64,000 nucleotides of DNA from an uncultured Pseudobdellovibrionaceae bacterium (GTDB lineage Bacteria; Bdellovibrionota; Bdellovibrionia; Bdellovibrionales; UBA1609): contig CAYMDP010000010.1 in assembly GCA_964389375.1 (NCBI GenBank), positions 9,849 to 73,848 of the forward strand, in the 5' to 3' direction. The notes under the pieces were generated by a model. The model ran no database searches. It worked only from the letters and a program-made list of their open reading frames with translations, and had not been told where the DNA came from. Shown in pieces: positions 27,858 through 37,859 of this stretch. The position numbers and the translations under genes are program-made. How positions within the stretch are numbered: position 1 is the first letter of the stretch; each line of letters starts with the position of its first letter.

Positions 27858-27943
27858 TTTCTAAGCTCCCTTTGTTAAAGTTGAAAGCTAGCAAACTTGT
27901 AACGGAGATGGCAGCTAAAATTTAAAGAATTTGGATAGATGGG

Positions 27944-29521
27944 GTGGGTTTGAGCAACGCAACACACTGGGTAAAGACGCGAAAAAAATTGCTGAGACAG
28001 GTCAAGTTTCAGGTTCGCGCCCTTTTGGGGCCAAGCTCCGGTGAGATTCTTACCTATACTCGCCGATACAAAGCACAATTCAGATTACCCTGGAGTGCCG
28101 CTCGCAGGACGGAGTTGCTTCGAAGACTTGCGAGGGTCGATATTGTATTGGGTGGTGACTTTCATGCCTTTTCGCAATCCCAGAGGGGGCACTTGCGTTT
28201 GCTGCGAGAGCTTCAGGTGCAAAGACCAATCGTTTTGGCATTAGAGTGTATCGAATCTAAGGACCAAGATGTTTTAGATCAATTCATGAAAGATAAAATT
28301 TCTGAGCCGGACTTTTTAATCCAAGTCTCCTGGTCCGAATCTTGGGGCTTTCCATGGCAAAACTATAAACCCATCCTTGAATTTGCAAAAGAGCGGGGCT
28401 TAAAAGTTTTAGCTTTAAATAAGGCGCTTTCAAAGCGCAAAGCCAAAACTTTAGAGCTTCGCGATCAGCACGCGGCCGAAAAAATAGTTGAAGCGAAGCA
28501 AAAATTTCCCGAAGCCTTAATCTATGCAATTTATGGAGACCTTCACCTTGCAAAGGGGCATTTGCCAAAGAAGATTCAAAAGTTGGATCCAAAGCTTGCG
28601 GTCCTTAGTCTTTTTCAAAACGTCGACGAACTGTACTTTAAAAACTTGGTCTCGGGAAAGTTGCGCTCCGAGATTTGGCAGCGGGGACCGGATCAATATT
28701 GTCTTATGGAAAGCCCTCCCTGGGTGAAATGGCAGAGCTATCTTCTATTTTTAGAACAAGGCTTTGATCAAGACTGGCAAGAGCAAGAAGCGGAGCTGGA
28801 TCTGACGGACTACGTGTATCACATGCTCGATTTTTTTAAGAACGAATTTGACCTCGAGTTCGACCTTAAGGATCTTGCGGTCTATACTTCGAGGCAGCAG
28901 GCCTTTGTTCAGATGTTAGATCGTAGGTTTCCAGAAAAAGAAAAACGACGTTTAGATGGCTTAATGGAAAGAGATCGTAGTTTTATCGTGCCCGAAATTG
29001 CAGCAGTCTATCTGTCTCGTCCATCGATCAATCATGCCGCTTTTCTTGCCGGACAATACATTCATCTAAAGCTGTCTGGGCGAAAGCAATCGATGTTGCA
29101 AATGCCGCAATATTTCTTGGCCTGGATTTGGATCGAAGCGGTAGGCTTCTTTTTTAGTAAGGTGATCAATCCGCACCGAAAGGCTTCGGGCCTTAGCGAA
29201 CTAAAGACCCTCTTGGCCCATGCGAAGCCAAAAGAGTCAGAAGCTTTGAAGCTTTGCCTTAAGCAAAAGCTGAAAGAGCAAATTTTTCTACAGACGGGGC
29301 GCTTGAATCGAAAGACCGAGACTGCTCGCTTTCAGGAATCCTACTTTGACGCCGCAAAAATTCTAGGTGCCATGTTGGGGGAAGATCTTTATCTAAGGTA
29401 CCGTGCGGGGCGCTTAGTGGATCAGCAACTCAAAGAGTTTCTTCAGTTAGATCCCTCTGGCGAAAACTTTTCGGATCAATACTGGGCTCTTCTTCGCCAA
29501 GTTTTAGGTGGGAAGAGATGA
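27944..29521 (+). CDS. Hypothetical protein with a ChaN/Tiki-like (haem-binding uptake family) N-terminal domain
   Basis: 525-aa ORF (GTG start, uncertain). DIVLGGDFHAF..LALECIESKDQDVLDQFM...WSESWGFPWQNYKPILEFAKERGLKVLALN resembles the ChaN/Cofac_haem_bdg pattern. Confidence 0.45.
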   Translation: MGLSNATHWVKTRKKLLRQVKFQVRALLGPSSGEILTYTRRYKAQFRLPWSAARRTELLRRLARVDIVLGGDFHAFSQSQRGHLRLLRELQVQRPIVLALECIESKDQDVLDQFMKDKISEPDFLIQVSWSESWGFPWQNYKPILEFAKERGLKVLALNKALSKRKAKTLELRDQHAAEKIVEAKQKFPEALIYAIYGDLHLAKGHLPKKIQKLDPKLAVLSLFQNVDELYFKNLVSGKLRSEIWQRGPDQYCLMESPPWVKWQSYLLFLEQGFDQDWQEQEAELDLTDYVYHMLDFFKNEFDLEFDLKDLAVYTSRQQAFVQMLDRRFPEKEKRRLDGLMERDRSFIVPEIAAVYLSRPSINHAAFLAGQYIHLKLSGRKQSMLQMPQYFLAWIWIEAVGFFFSKVINPHRKASGLSELKTLLAHAKPKESEALKLCLKQKLKEQIFLQTGRLNRKTETARFQESYFDAAKILGAMLGEDLYLRYRAGRLVDQQLKEFLQLDPSGENFSDQYWALLRQVLGGKR

Positions 29522-31250
29522 GGGAAAAAAGTTGAAGAGTTTTTATTACCTTCATCGCGGGAAATCGCGGGGCCCTATATCCGAGAAAGAACTCGTTGAG
29601 TTGATTCAGAGCAAAAAACTGGGTCTTTTTGATATTCTTTGTGAGGAAGGGGAGAATCGTTGGAAGCCCCTTTCTGAATACGAGGAGTTTCTTCGGTATC
29701 TCCAAAAAAAGCCCACCGCAGTTCGGTCCGATAAGTCTTGGATCGTTCTTCTGCGAAGATCAAAAAAAGGATTTTTACAGCAGGGGCCTTTCACCGAAGA
29801 TGAGCTTCGAATGAGGATTCGGGCAGGCGAAATTCGGTACACCGATTACGCCTGGTCCCAAGGGATGGTCAGTTGGAAGAGGCTTGGTTCTCTGTCGGCC
29901 TTTCAATCCAAATCCGAGAGAATTGAATTTGAGCAAAGTTTTCCGAGCGCCGATCTTCCCGAGCTCTCGGCCCTTCATTCTTTAGAAGAAATCGAGAAGC
30001 AGGCCGCATCCAGGATCCCTGACCAAGCTCCGAGTGGACATGAGGAGCCTTTAGATTCGGAGCTTGGTCCGAATGAAGCGCAAGTCTTTGGACAAGAGGA
30101 TCGACGTCTGCAAGGCGACCGAAGAAGTGTTCAACGAAAGAGAGTGCAGGGGCCAAAAGAGAAGTCTAAGCTAAAGGACAATGCGAAGCCCGTGTCAAAA
30201 GGGGTCAGGGCAAAATCCAAAGCTTCAGTTTTTAGCAAACTTTCCGGAAAAAAAATTGCTTTGGTCACGCTGTTTTGTTTGGGACTTGGTGTCTTGATCA
30301 GCCAATTCGATCAGAAAATTTTGCTAAAACTTAGTCCTGAGGAGCTTGCGAAAGTCCCCGCGGAGATGGATTCGGCCGTCGAGGAAAGTCCTGAAGTTAT
30401 CGCTCCTGCGGAAAAGATTCCACCTGAAGAGCCAAGGCTTAAACCCAAGCCAGAAGAGGATAAAAAGGCAGTGGTTGAACCCCCGCCCGAACCTCAGCCT
30501 GAGCCCAAAAAAATTCTGGCTCCTGAGCTTCGAGAGGCTCCGCGTCGGCTTCGGGTTTTGACCAAAAATCTTTCTGGAGATAAGCCGGCCTTAGAAATTG
30601 AAACCGATGGAAGTAGCCACTTTCCGCTGACTGCAGAAATTTTCGCAGAGCCGGGCCGAGTGTTGGGTCAAGTTCGCGTTGAGAAATATAAAAAACTGAA
30701 GCGAAAGAGAGGAGAAAACTTTCGTCTGGAGCTCGATTCTTTAGGCTTGAAAGCCGGGGAGTACAGGGCCTCTTTCAGTTCCGGAGAGGTTCAAGCTGAG
30801 ATTCGATTTTTTCTAGGCTCCAAGGACAAAAAATATGCGCAAGAGCTTCGGGCTCATAAGAAGTTCCTCACTTTTCAGTTTGAGCAAGAAAAGCGGACCC
30901 TTTTTAATGAAGTCAAACTTTTGGAAAGTCTAACCGCAGAACTCCAGGCCGAACTTTTTAGTCAGGGAGCAAAGGGGCGAGTGTGGAATCGGGCAAAATC
31001 ACGACTCGAAAATCTTGCGACGAATGAATTTCGGCGCATTCAAAGTCGGGGGCGTCGTGAGCAAAGCTTCCTCGTGGAAGAGTGGACCCGGCTGAGGGAT
31101 CTGAAGGCAAAATGTGTTGAACTGACTCAGCGAATGCGGGGAAAGACGGCAAAAAGCATATCAGAGCCCGAGAAGTCCGAGTTTTTAAGATTAAGGGCTG
31201 AGTCACAAAGTTTTAAAGCCCAGGTTTCGAAGCTTTCATTCTGGGACTGA
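29508..31250 (+). CDS. GYF_2-like repeat protein with a Pro/Glu/Lys-rich linker, one TM segment and a C-terminal coiled region
   Basis: 580-aa ORF with two WxY...GP.SE.EL-type modules (FYYLHRGKSRGPISEKELVELI; GFLQQGPFTEDELRMRI). The start may be the in-frame TTG at 29532 rather than GTG 29508, which overlaps the upstream stop. Confidence 0.5.
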   Translation: MGRDEGKKLKSFYYLHRGKSRGPISEKELVELIQSKKLGLFDILCEEGENRWKPLSEYEEFLRYLQKKPTAVRSDKSWIVLLRRSKKGFLQQGPFTEDELRMRIRAGEIRYTDYAWSQGMVSWKRLGSLSAFQSKSERIEFEQSFPSADLPELSALHSLEEIEKQAASRIPDQAPSGHEEPLDSELGPNEAQVFGQEDRRLQGDRRSVQRKRVQGPKEKSKLKDNAKPVSKGVRAKSKASVFSKLSGKKIALVTLFCLGLGVLISQFDQKILLKLSPEELAKVPAEMDSAVEESPEVIAPAEKIPPEEPRLKPKPEEDKKAVVEPPPEPQPEPKKILAPELREAPRRLRVLTKNLSGDKPALEIETDGSSHFPLTAEIFAEPGRVLGQVRVEKYKKLKRKRGENFRLELDSLGLKAGEYRASFSSGEVQAEIRFFLGSKDKKYAQELRAHKKFLTFQFEQEKRTLFNEVKLLESLTAELQAELFSQGAKGRVWNRAKSRLENLATNEFRRIQSRGRREQSFLVEEWTRLRDLKAKCVELTQRMRGKTAKSISEPEKSEFLRLRAESQSFKAQVSKLSFWD

Positions 31251-31327
31251 GTTTGGGCGCCCGGTGCAGCTTAAAGGGAGTGAAGTCAGTTCTTGGAATT
31301 TCCCTGGAACCTTGATAAGTCTAAGTG

Positions 31328-33031
31328 ATGCTTGACCAATTAAAATCGAATCTAGTTCGTGATCTAAAGACCCACTTTCCTCTGTCCGAGACTGAGTTTT
31401 TTGATTTGCTGCAAAATCCAAAGCATGTGGGTCACGGACAAATCTGTTTGCCCGTGTTCGCAATTGCTAAGGTGCAAAAGAAAGCTCCTCCGCAGCTAGC
31501 GCAAGATTTGGCGGAAGTCTTTAATCAACAGAAGCTGGATTATTTAGAGCGAGCCGAGGCAGTCAGTGGCTTTGTTAACTTTCATTTTAAAGCCAGAACC
31601 TTGACGGATATTTTAATGAAGAGCCTAGAGGTTGAGAAAGGTCAAGTGGCTTGGCGGTCTGAGGGCGCAGGCCGAAGAGTTGTGATTGACTATGCCTCCC
31701 CCAATGTCGCCAAGCCCATGAGTATTGGTCATATGCGCGCAACCATGATTGGCCAAGCGGTTTGCAACTTGGCACGCAGCCAGGGCTATACCGTAGTGGG
31801 ATTGAATCACTTAGGGGATTGGGGAAGTCAGTTCGGAAAACTGGCCTGGGCTTATCAAAAGTGGGGGCATGAATATAAAGTTGAAGAAGATCCCATCGCA
31901 GCTCTTTTCCAGATGTATGTACGTTTTCAAACTGAATCTGAGGCCGATCCAAAACTTGCTGAAGAGGGGGCGCGGACCTTTAAGCGCCTAGAAGATGGGG
32001 ATCCTGAGATCACGGCGCTTTGGAAGTGGTTCGTCGAAATTTCGATGAAGGATTACCAAAGACTTTTTGATCTTCTTGGAGTGAAGCATGATTTGGTTCT
32101 TGGGGAGTCTTTTTATAATAATCAGTTAAAGCCCACGGAGAAGTTAATCGAAGCCAAAGGCCTTTTGGTTGAGAGTGAAGGCGCCATGGTGGTACAGCTA
32201 GAGGAAGAGGGGATGCCACCTTGCTTGATTCGAAAATCCGATGGGGCTTCGCTTTATGCGACTCGAGACATTGCCAGTGCTCTTTACCGCAAAGAACAAT
32301 TAAAGGCGGATTTGAATCTATATGTCGTTGGAGTGGATCAAACGCTTCACTTTCGGCAGGTTTTTAAAGTTCTCGAAAAAATGGGCTATGCCTGGTCCAA
32401 AGATTGTCACCACGTCTCTTTTGGAATGTACCGATTTAAAGAGGGCCGAATGTCGACTCGAAAAGGAAACGTTATTTTCCTTGAAGATGTTTTGGATCGG
32501 GCCATCGAGTTAGTTCGCGAAGTTATTGAGCAAAAAAATCCAGGACTTGAGGATAAAGAGAAGGTGGCGCGACAGGTTGGCGTGGGCGCGATTATTTTTA
32601 ATGATCTAGCAAATGATCGGGTGAAAAACGTAGATTTTGATTGGGACCAGGTGCTTAACTTTGAAGGGGACAGTGGTCCCTATGTTCAATATGTGCATGT
32701 TCGTTGCTTAAGTTTGATTCGAAAGTATGCGGGAGAGATTAAAAAAACGATCGATGTAGATTTAGATTCCCCAGAAGAGCTTGAGTTAATCCGCCTGCTT
32801 TTGACCTATCAAGATGTGCTTCGCTCTTCCTTCACTCATTTTAAGCCACATATTTTAGCGGGCTATCTTTTAGACCTTTGTCGGCAGTTTTCGCAGTTCT
32901 ACGCAAAGCACCGAATCTTGGGTGAAAAACCTGAACTTGAGCAGGCGCGCATGACTTTGGTCTATGCATGCCAACAAGTCCTGGTCAATGGTCTAGGGGT
33001 TTTGAATATTCCAGTGCCTGAATATATGTAG
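31328..33031 (+). CDS. argS: Arginine--tRNA ligase
   Basis: Class I motifs SPNVAKPMSIGHMR (HIGH-type) and MSTRKG (KMSKS-type), plus a DALR-like C-terminus. The start is ATG 31328 or the adjacent GTG 31325. Confidence 0.9.
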   Translation: MLDQLKSNLVRDLKTHFPLSETEFFDLLQNPKHVGHGQICLPVFAIAKVQKKAPPQLAQDLAEVFNQQKLDYLERAEAVSGFVNFHFKARTLTDILMKSLEVEKGQVAWRSEGAGRRVVIDYASPNVAKPMSIGHMRATMIGQAVCNLARSQGYTVVGLNHLGDWGSQFGKLAWAYQKWGHEYKVEEDPIAALFQMYVRFQTESEADPKLAEEGARTFKRLEDGDPEITALWKWFVEISMKDYQRLFDLLGVKHDLVLGESFYNNQLKPTEKLIEAKGLLVESEGAMVVQLEEEGMPPCLIRKSDGASLYATRDIASALYRKEQLKADLNLYVVGVDQTLHFRQVFKVLEKMGYAWSKDCHHVSFGMYRFKEGRMSTRKGNVIFLEDVLDRAIELVREVIEQKNPGLEDKEKVARQVGVGAIIFNDLANDRVKNVDFDWDQVLNFEGDSGPYVQYVHVRCLSLIRKYAGEIKKTIDVDLDSPEELELIRLLLTYQDVLRSSFTHFKPHILAGYLLDLCRQFSQFYAKHRILGEKPELEQARMTLVYACQQVLVNGLGVLNIPVPEYM

Positions 33032-33072
33032 TTTTTCTCATATTTTCTAAAAATTATGCCGATTTAAAAGAT

Positions 33073-33759
33073 GTGAAGAACCAAGCCTTCTTGATTTTCA
33101 TATTGGCCCTGACTTTGGTGTTCGCACTTTTCTACGGAGAAATGCGTGCGCATTTTCTTGATCCACGCCCCCTCGAGGCGAAAGTGAAACTTTTAAGCCG
33201 AGAGGTTGAGCGCGCGGGACTTCGCGCGGCGCTGGCTCGAGCTGAACTTCAAGAATTTCGTCAAGAGGTTGCAGCTAAAATTCCTGAAGTTTCTCATCCG
33301 GCGATGAAGGGTGAAAAGGCTTACGCCATACGAAGTCTAGCAAGTGTATTGCGTGAAGAAGGGTCTGAATTTCGTAGCCAGCAGCTTGCTAGTCTTGGCT
33401 TTAACAAAGCCAAAGATCTTTTCAGAAAAAACGATTTTGCAAATGCGATTCCTCAGTTTGAAGCCTTGATCCGGGATTATAGTTTTTCAGTTCATGTTCC
33501 CGAAGCCTTGTTTCTTCTGTCTGAGGCCCAATACCAGACGGGTCAATTTGAGTCTGCAGTCAGTAGTATCCAACGTCTTGTGGATCAGTTTCCGGGACAC
33601 GAACTTTCTGGATACGCCATGATTCGGCTGGGCCGGATTTTTGAGTCTCAAAATCGCTACGACGAAGCTATGCAGGTGTATAGAACGGTCTTGATGACCT
33701 TTCCAGATCGGGCCATTGCCAGTCAAGCCGAGCGCGCCATGAAGGGTGTGGAGCCTTAA
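33073..33759 (+). CDS. TPR-repeat protein, YbgF/CpoB-like
   Basis: 228-aa ORF with an N-terminal TM/signal segment, a coiled segment, then TPR-like repeats (FANAIPQFEALIRDY..EALFLLSEAQYQTGQFESA..QVYRTVLMTFP). Confidence 0.5.
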   Translation: MKNQAFLIFILALTLVFALFYGEMRAHFLDPRPLEAKVKLLSREVERAGLRAALARAELQEFRQEVAAKIPEVSHPAMKGEKAYAIRSLASVLREEGSEFRSQQLASLGFNKAKDLFRKNDFANAIPQFEALIRDYSFSVHVPEALFLLSEAQYQTGQFESAVSSIQRLVDQFPGHELSGYAMIRLGRIFESQNRYDEAMQVYRTVLMTFPDRAIASQAERAMKGVEP

Positions 33760-33762
33760 TCT

Positions 33763-34503
33763 ATGAAGTGGCTCAGATTCATTTTATTTATTTTTCTATT
33801 CACCATCGAAATTCGTATTAAGGCTCAAGCTGAAATTTTGGACCAGCCAGAAAGCTGCTATCAAGCTGAGGGGCAAAACTGTATTGTAAAATCCTTAGGG
33901 GAAACAGGCGATGTTTGGACAACTTCAGAGGGCGAGATTCGAATGGCGCCTCAATCCATTGTCAGCCGCCAAGAGAATCAGTGGCGGCTTATTTCAGGAA
34001 GAGTGTGGATCGATTGCTCGGGTCAACAGATCTGGCGCGGACAATTTGCAAAGTGGACTTGTCTGCCTGGCCAGGCTATGATGATTGAGCATTCCGCAGA
34101 GGGCTTGGAGTTTATTGGACTTAAGGGAAGTGTGGCTCTTGAAAGTCATTCCGGCGAAAAGCTGGCTCTTTCTCCGGGACTTTCGGTAAAAATTGGTCCA
34201 GTTCTTCAAACGGCCAAAAACGAAATCTCTTTCCCGCGCTCAGCAAATCTTCGAAAGACCCTAAGCTGGGCCGCAGAACTGATGCCCCTTGATGAAGCCC
34301 AGCTAAAATCTGTGCTTTCTGAGTTTTTATTAGGTTGGCATCAGTCCCGAGAACACATCAGTCGAACTCTGGCGAGTCACTCCGAGGACCAAATTCGAAG
34401 ACAGAAAGATGCCGACTTGCAGAGGGAGCTCGCCCGTCAAAAAAACCAAAAAGAGGATGCCGAGCTAAGAGCCCTTTTTCGCAAGAAGAATTACCTCGAC
34501 TAA
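33763..34503 (+). CDS. Hypothetical secreted protein
   Basis: 246-aa ORF with a signal peptide (LRFILFIFLFTIEIRIKAQA) and a charged C-terminal tail. Confidence 0.45.
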   Translation: MKWLRFILFIFLFTIEIRIKAQAEILDQPESCYQAEGQNCIVKSLGETGDVWTTSEGEIRMAPQSIVSRQENQWRLISGRVWIDCSGQQIWRGQFAKWTCLPGQAMMIEHSAEGLEFIGLKGSVALESHSGEKLALSPGLSVKIGPVLQTAKNEISFPRSANLRKTLSWAAELMPLDEAQLKSVLSEFLLGWHQSREHISRTLASHSEDQIRRQKDADLQRELARQKNQKEDAELRALFRKKNYLD

Positions 34504-34610
34504 AGTGCCCGGATAGACTGACCCAGTTCACTTCTTCATAGTCCAAAGAAAGCCCAACATGCTATGATTAGAGGGTAAAGCTGCGCGCTTTCTCAAGGAG
34601 GAGAAGGAAT

Positions 34611-36278
34611 ATGTCTTCAGTCAATAGTTCAGACGGCTCAAATCGCCAGGATGATGTTGTCAGACGTAATCGAGAAGAGTATCGCGAAAAAGAAAGTGAG
34701 CTGATAAAAAAGCACAATCGCGAAATCCGCCGTATTGGTGAAGTTCATAACCAACAATTAGAATCGGTAAAGTCGACTCATCAAAAACAAATGGATGAGT
34801 TAAAAAGTAAAAGTCATAACTCGATCAATTCCAGGGATCATCGCCATCAGACTGAAATTAATAATCTAAGAGATATGCAACGAAAGCAGCTTGAGCAACT
34901 GGCTTCAGAAAGCCAAAGTAAATTAAATCAGGCGAGGCAGAACACGGCTCAACAACAAATGGATCTTAAGAGACGCTACGAGACTCAAATCGAAGATCTA
35001 AGATCCGGGCACCAAAGAGAGCTGACTCAGCAAAACGAATCCTATCAGATGGCCCTTGAAGATAATCGTGAAAAGGTGCAAAGCTCTATCGGAAATTATC
35101 GTGAGCGAATGGGAAAAAAACATTCCGAAGATATCCAGACCATCAATGATAACCGCATGAATCAAGTCAGTGAGCTGCAAAGAAAATACGACGAGCATCG
35201 AAGAAGTTCGGACTACCGCCTTCGCAATCAAGAAGTTCGGCACCTGCAAGACAAACAGCGCATGTCCGAAAACAATCTGAATCAACTTAAGCGACAGCGC
35301 TCTGAACAAGAAGATCAGGCTCAGGTTCTGCGCACAGGTTTTGAAGATGGTTTGGCCAAAACTCGAGAAAGATTTGAGAAGGCGAACGAAAAAGAGCGTT
35401 CTGCCCGTGAGGAAAACGGGGAAGTTTTTAAGTCCAGCGTGAGCGAGCGCGTGGATAGCCGCATGCGCGCTCTCGAAAGTCGTATCGAAGATCTGAAGGC
35501 CTTAAAGGTAAGAAGAGACTTGGAGCTCACGCGCGATAAAAACCGTGAAGTCACGAACGTAAAGGACAGTTACCAAAACAATATCGATGACCTTGAATAT
35601 CAGCGCAAAGAGCTTTTAAGAGCCTCGAATGCCAAGAACGCTAAAGAGATTCAAAAAATTCACGGAGAAAAATCGGAGCTGATGCAAAATCAAAACCGAT
35701 TCTTCAATGAAAAAATAAGTTTTGATCGGGAGCGAAGCAAGGAGCAGGTGCAAAACCTAAAGTCTGATTTTGAGTCAAGATCTCAGCAGACTCAGATGCA
35801 AGCAGATAACCGAGTCAATACGCTATTAAGTTCGACCGAGCTTGAGATGAACCGAGTTCAAGAAAATTCTTTGATGACCGCCAAAATGATGAAGGAGCAG
35901 CATCAAGAAGAACTCAAAGTTGTTCGAGCTCAGGTTGAAGCTGAAAAAGCTGAGGCCATCGAACGTTTAAAAGATCAGCTTAGAAAACGAGAAATGCAGC
36001 AACAAGAAAAAATGAACTCGGTCGTTACGTCTTACGAAAAGCAATTGGCGCAGCTGAATGATGATATGGTTCGGCTTAAAAGAAGTCAGGATGTTGAGTT
36101 GAAGCGAATGGTTGATAATATGAAGCGAGTTCATCAATCTGAGCTTGATACTCAACAAGTTCAGTATCAAAATCGCCTTTCTAAAGTTCAGGGGCAGCAC
36201 GCAGATGAGATGCGCTCAGTAAACGAAAGAAATCAGGCACGAATGGATCAAGTTCTGACGACAGTAAAAAAAGCCTAA
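34611..36278 (+). CDS. Long, highly charged coiled-coil protein (Q/R/E/K/N-rich)
   Basis: 555-aa ORF with no hydrophobic core domains or enzymatic motifs. Confidence 0.6.
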   Translation: MSSVNSSDGSNRQDDVVRRNREEYREKESELIKKHNREIRRIGEVHNQQLESVKSTHQKQMDELKSKSHNSINSRDHRHQTEINNLRDMQRKQLEQLASESQSKLNQARQNTAQQQMDLKRRYETQIEDLRSGHQRELTQQNESYQMALEDNREKVQSSIGNYRERMGKKHSEDIQTINDNRMNQVSELQRKYDEHRRSSDYRLRNQEVRHLQDKQRMSENNLNQLKRQRSEQEDQAQVLRTGFEDGLAKTRERFEKANEKERSAREENGEVFKSSVSERVDSRMRALESRIEDLKALKVRRDLELTRDKNREVTNVKDSYQNNIDDLEYQRKELLRASNAKNAKEIQKIHGEKSELMQNQNRFFNEKISFDRERSKEQVQNLKSDFESRSQQTQMQADNRVNTLLSSTELEMNRVQENSLMTAKMMKEQHQEELKVVRAQVEAEKAEAIERLKDQLRKREMQQQEKMNSVVTSYEKQLAQLNDDMVRLKRSQDVELKRMVDNMKRVHQSELDTQQVQYQNRLSKVQGQHADEMRSVNERNQARMDQVLTTVKKA

Positions 36279-36290
36279 GGAAATAAACGC

Positions 36291-37763
36291 GTGTTAGCCG
36301 ATCGAAGAGTGAAGATTGTAGCAACGATGGGGCCAGCGACAACAGGCCGAGACAAGCTTCGCATGGCGATCGAGTCTGGGATGAATATTGCGCGTCTAAA
36401 TTTCTCTCACGGAAGTCACGAAGATCATCTTAAGGTTCTTTCGGATATCCGAAGTTTATCCCGGGAGCTACGGGCACCAGTCGGGATTCTGCAGGATCTT
36501 CAGGGGCCGAAAATTCGTGTCGGCCGGCTTAAAGACGGCAAGGTCGTCTTGGTTGAGGGGGAAGAAATCATTATTTCTCCCGATCAAAAGCTTGGCGAAG
36601 CCGGGCGTCTTTCGACAGATTTTGTTGAGCTTCCAAGAGTTGTGCGGGAGGGAACTAAAATCCTTCTTGATGATGGTTTGATGGAGCTTAAAGTGCTGTC
36701 GGTCGAAGGCTCTGAGGTTCGCTGTCTTGTGGTTTACGGGGGCATTTTAAAAGATCGCAAAGGGATGAATCTTCCAGGGACCCCTTTACCGATTGATTGT
36801 ATGACTCCGAAGGACCTTGAGGATTTAGAGTGGGGTTTATCCCAAGGGGTCGATTACATTGCGCTCAGTTTTGTGCGCAATGCGAGTGATATGATTAAGC
36901 TTCGTGAGATCGTTGAGGCGAAACGCCCCGGAACCCGCCTTGTGGCAAAAATCGAAATGCTTGAGGCTATGGAAAATCTAGAGGAGATCGTTAAGTCCAG
37001 CGATGGAATTATGGTCGCTCGAGGGGACCTTGCGGTCGAAGTGGGGCAGAGTTTACTGCCAAGTATGCAAAAAAAGATCATCCGCATGGCAAATCAATTT
37101 AAGAAGCCTGTGATCACCGCGACTCAGATGTTAGATAGTATGGTGGAAAATCCTCGACCGACACGGGCCGAGATCACAGATGTTGCGAACGCGGTCATTG
37201 ATGGCTCGGACGCCCTAATGCTTTCAGCCGAATCCGCAAGCGGGAAGTATCCTTTTAAGTGTATTCAAACCATGCACGAAATCATTTATGAGGTCGAAAG
37301 AACCGGAGATTTTTATTACGATATTTCCTTTACTGAATCATTTAATGACATAGCAGAAGGCATCGCCGCAAGTGCTTGTTTAACAGCGCTAAAGCTAGAT
37401 GCCACTGTGATCGTGTGTCTTACGACGACGGGCCGAACCGCGACTTTAATTTCGAGCTTTAGGCCCAAGGCAAAGATTATTGCTGTGACCAGCCTTCTTG
37501 ATACTTTGAATCGCTTGGAATTGGCTTGGGGAATTCAGTCCTTTGCAATTGGGAATTATCGTTCGACCGAAGAGGCCGTAGAGCTTGTGGAAAATCTTCT
37601 TCTTCAATACGGAATTGCCAAGCAAGGCGACAAGGTGGTTTTAACCCTGGGAACTCCGATTGTAGATCGCTCAAAGACCAACACTTTAAAGGTACATACC
37701 TTAAGTGGAAGGCAGCCAAAGACCATCCCGGTGTCCGAGCTTCCACTTCGTCTAAGAAAATAA
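36291..37763 (+). CDS. pyk: Pyruvate kinase
   Basis: 490-aa ORF (GTG start) with KIVATMGPA, NIARLNFSHGSHEDH, MVARGDLAVEV and the downstream PK motifs. Confidence 0.9.
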   Translation: MLADRRVKIVATMGPATTGRDKLRMAIESGMNIARLNFSHGSHEDHLKVLSDIRSLSRELRAPVGILQDLQGPKIRVGRLKDGKVVLVEGEEIIISPDQKLGEAGRLSTDFVELPRVVREGTKILLDDGLMELKVLSVEGSEVRCLVVYGGILKDRKGMNLPGTPLPIDCMTPKDLEDLEWGLSQGVDYIALSFVRNASDMIKLREIVEAKRPGTRLVAKIEMLEAMENLEEIVKSSDGIMVARGDLAVEVGQSLLPSMQKKIIRMANQFKKPVITATQMLDSMVENPRPTRAEITDVANAVIDGSDALMLSAESASGKYPFKCIQTMHEIIYEVERTGDFYYDISFTESFNDIAEGIAASACLTALKLDATVIVCLTTTGRTATLISSFRPKAKIIAVTSLLDTLNRLELAWGIQSFAIGNYRSTEEAVELVENLLLQYGIAKQGDKVVLTLGTPIVDRSKTNTLKVHTLSGRQPKTIPVSELPLRLRK

Positions 37764-37859
37764 TTTAAGATTAATTCTTCAAAATTTAGGTGTATGCCTA
37801 AGGCACAGTCTTATGAGACCATAGCTTCGAGAAATGCACGGATTCTAGTGCAGAAGACT

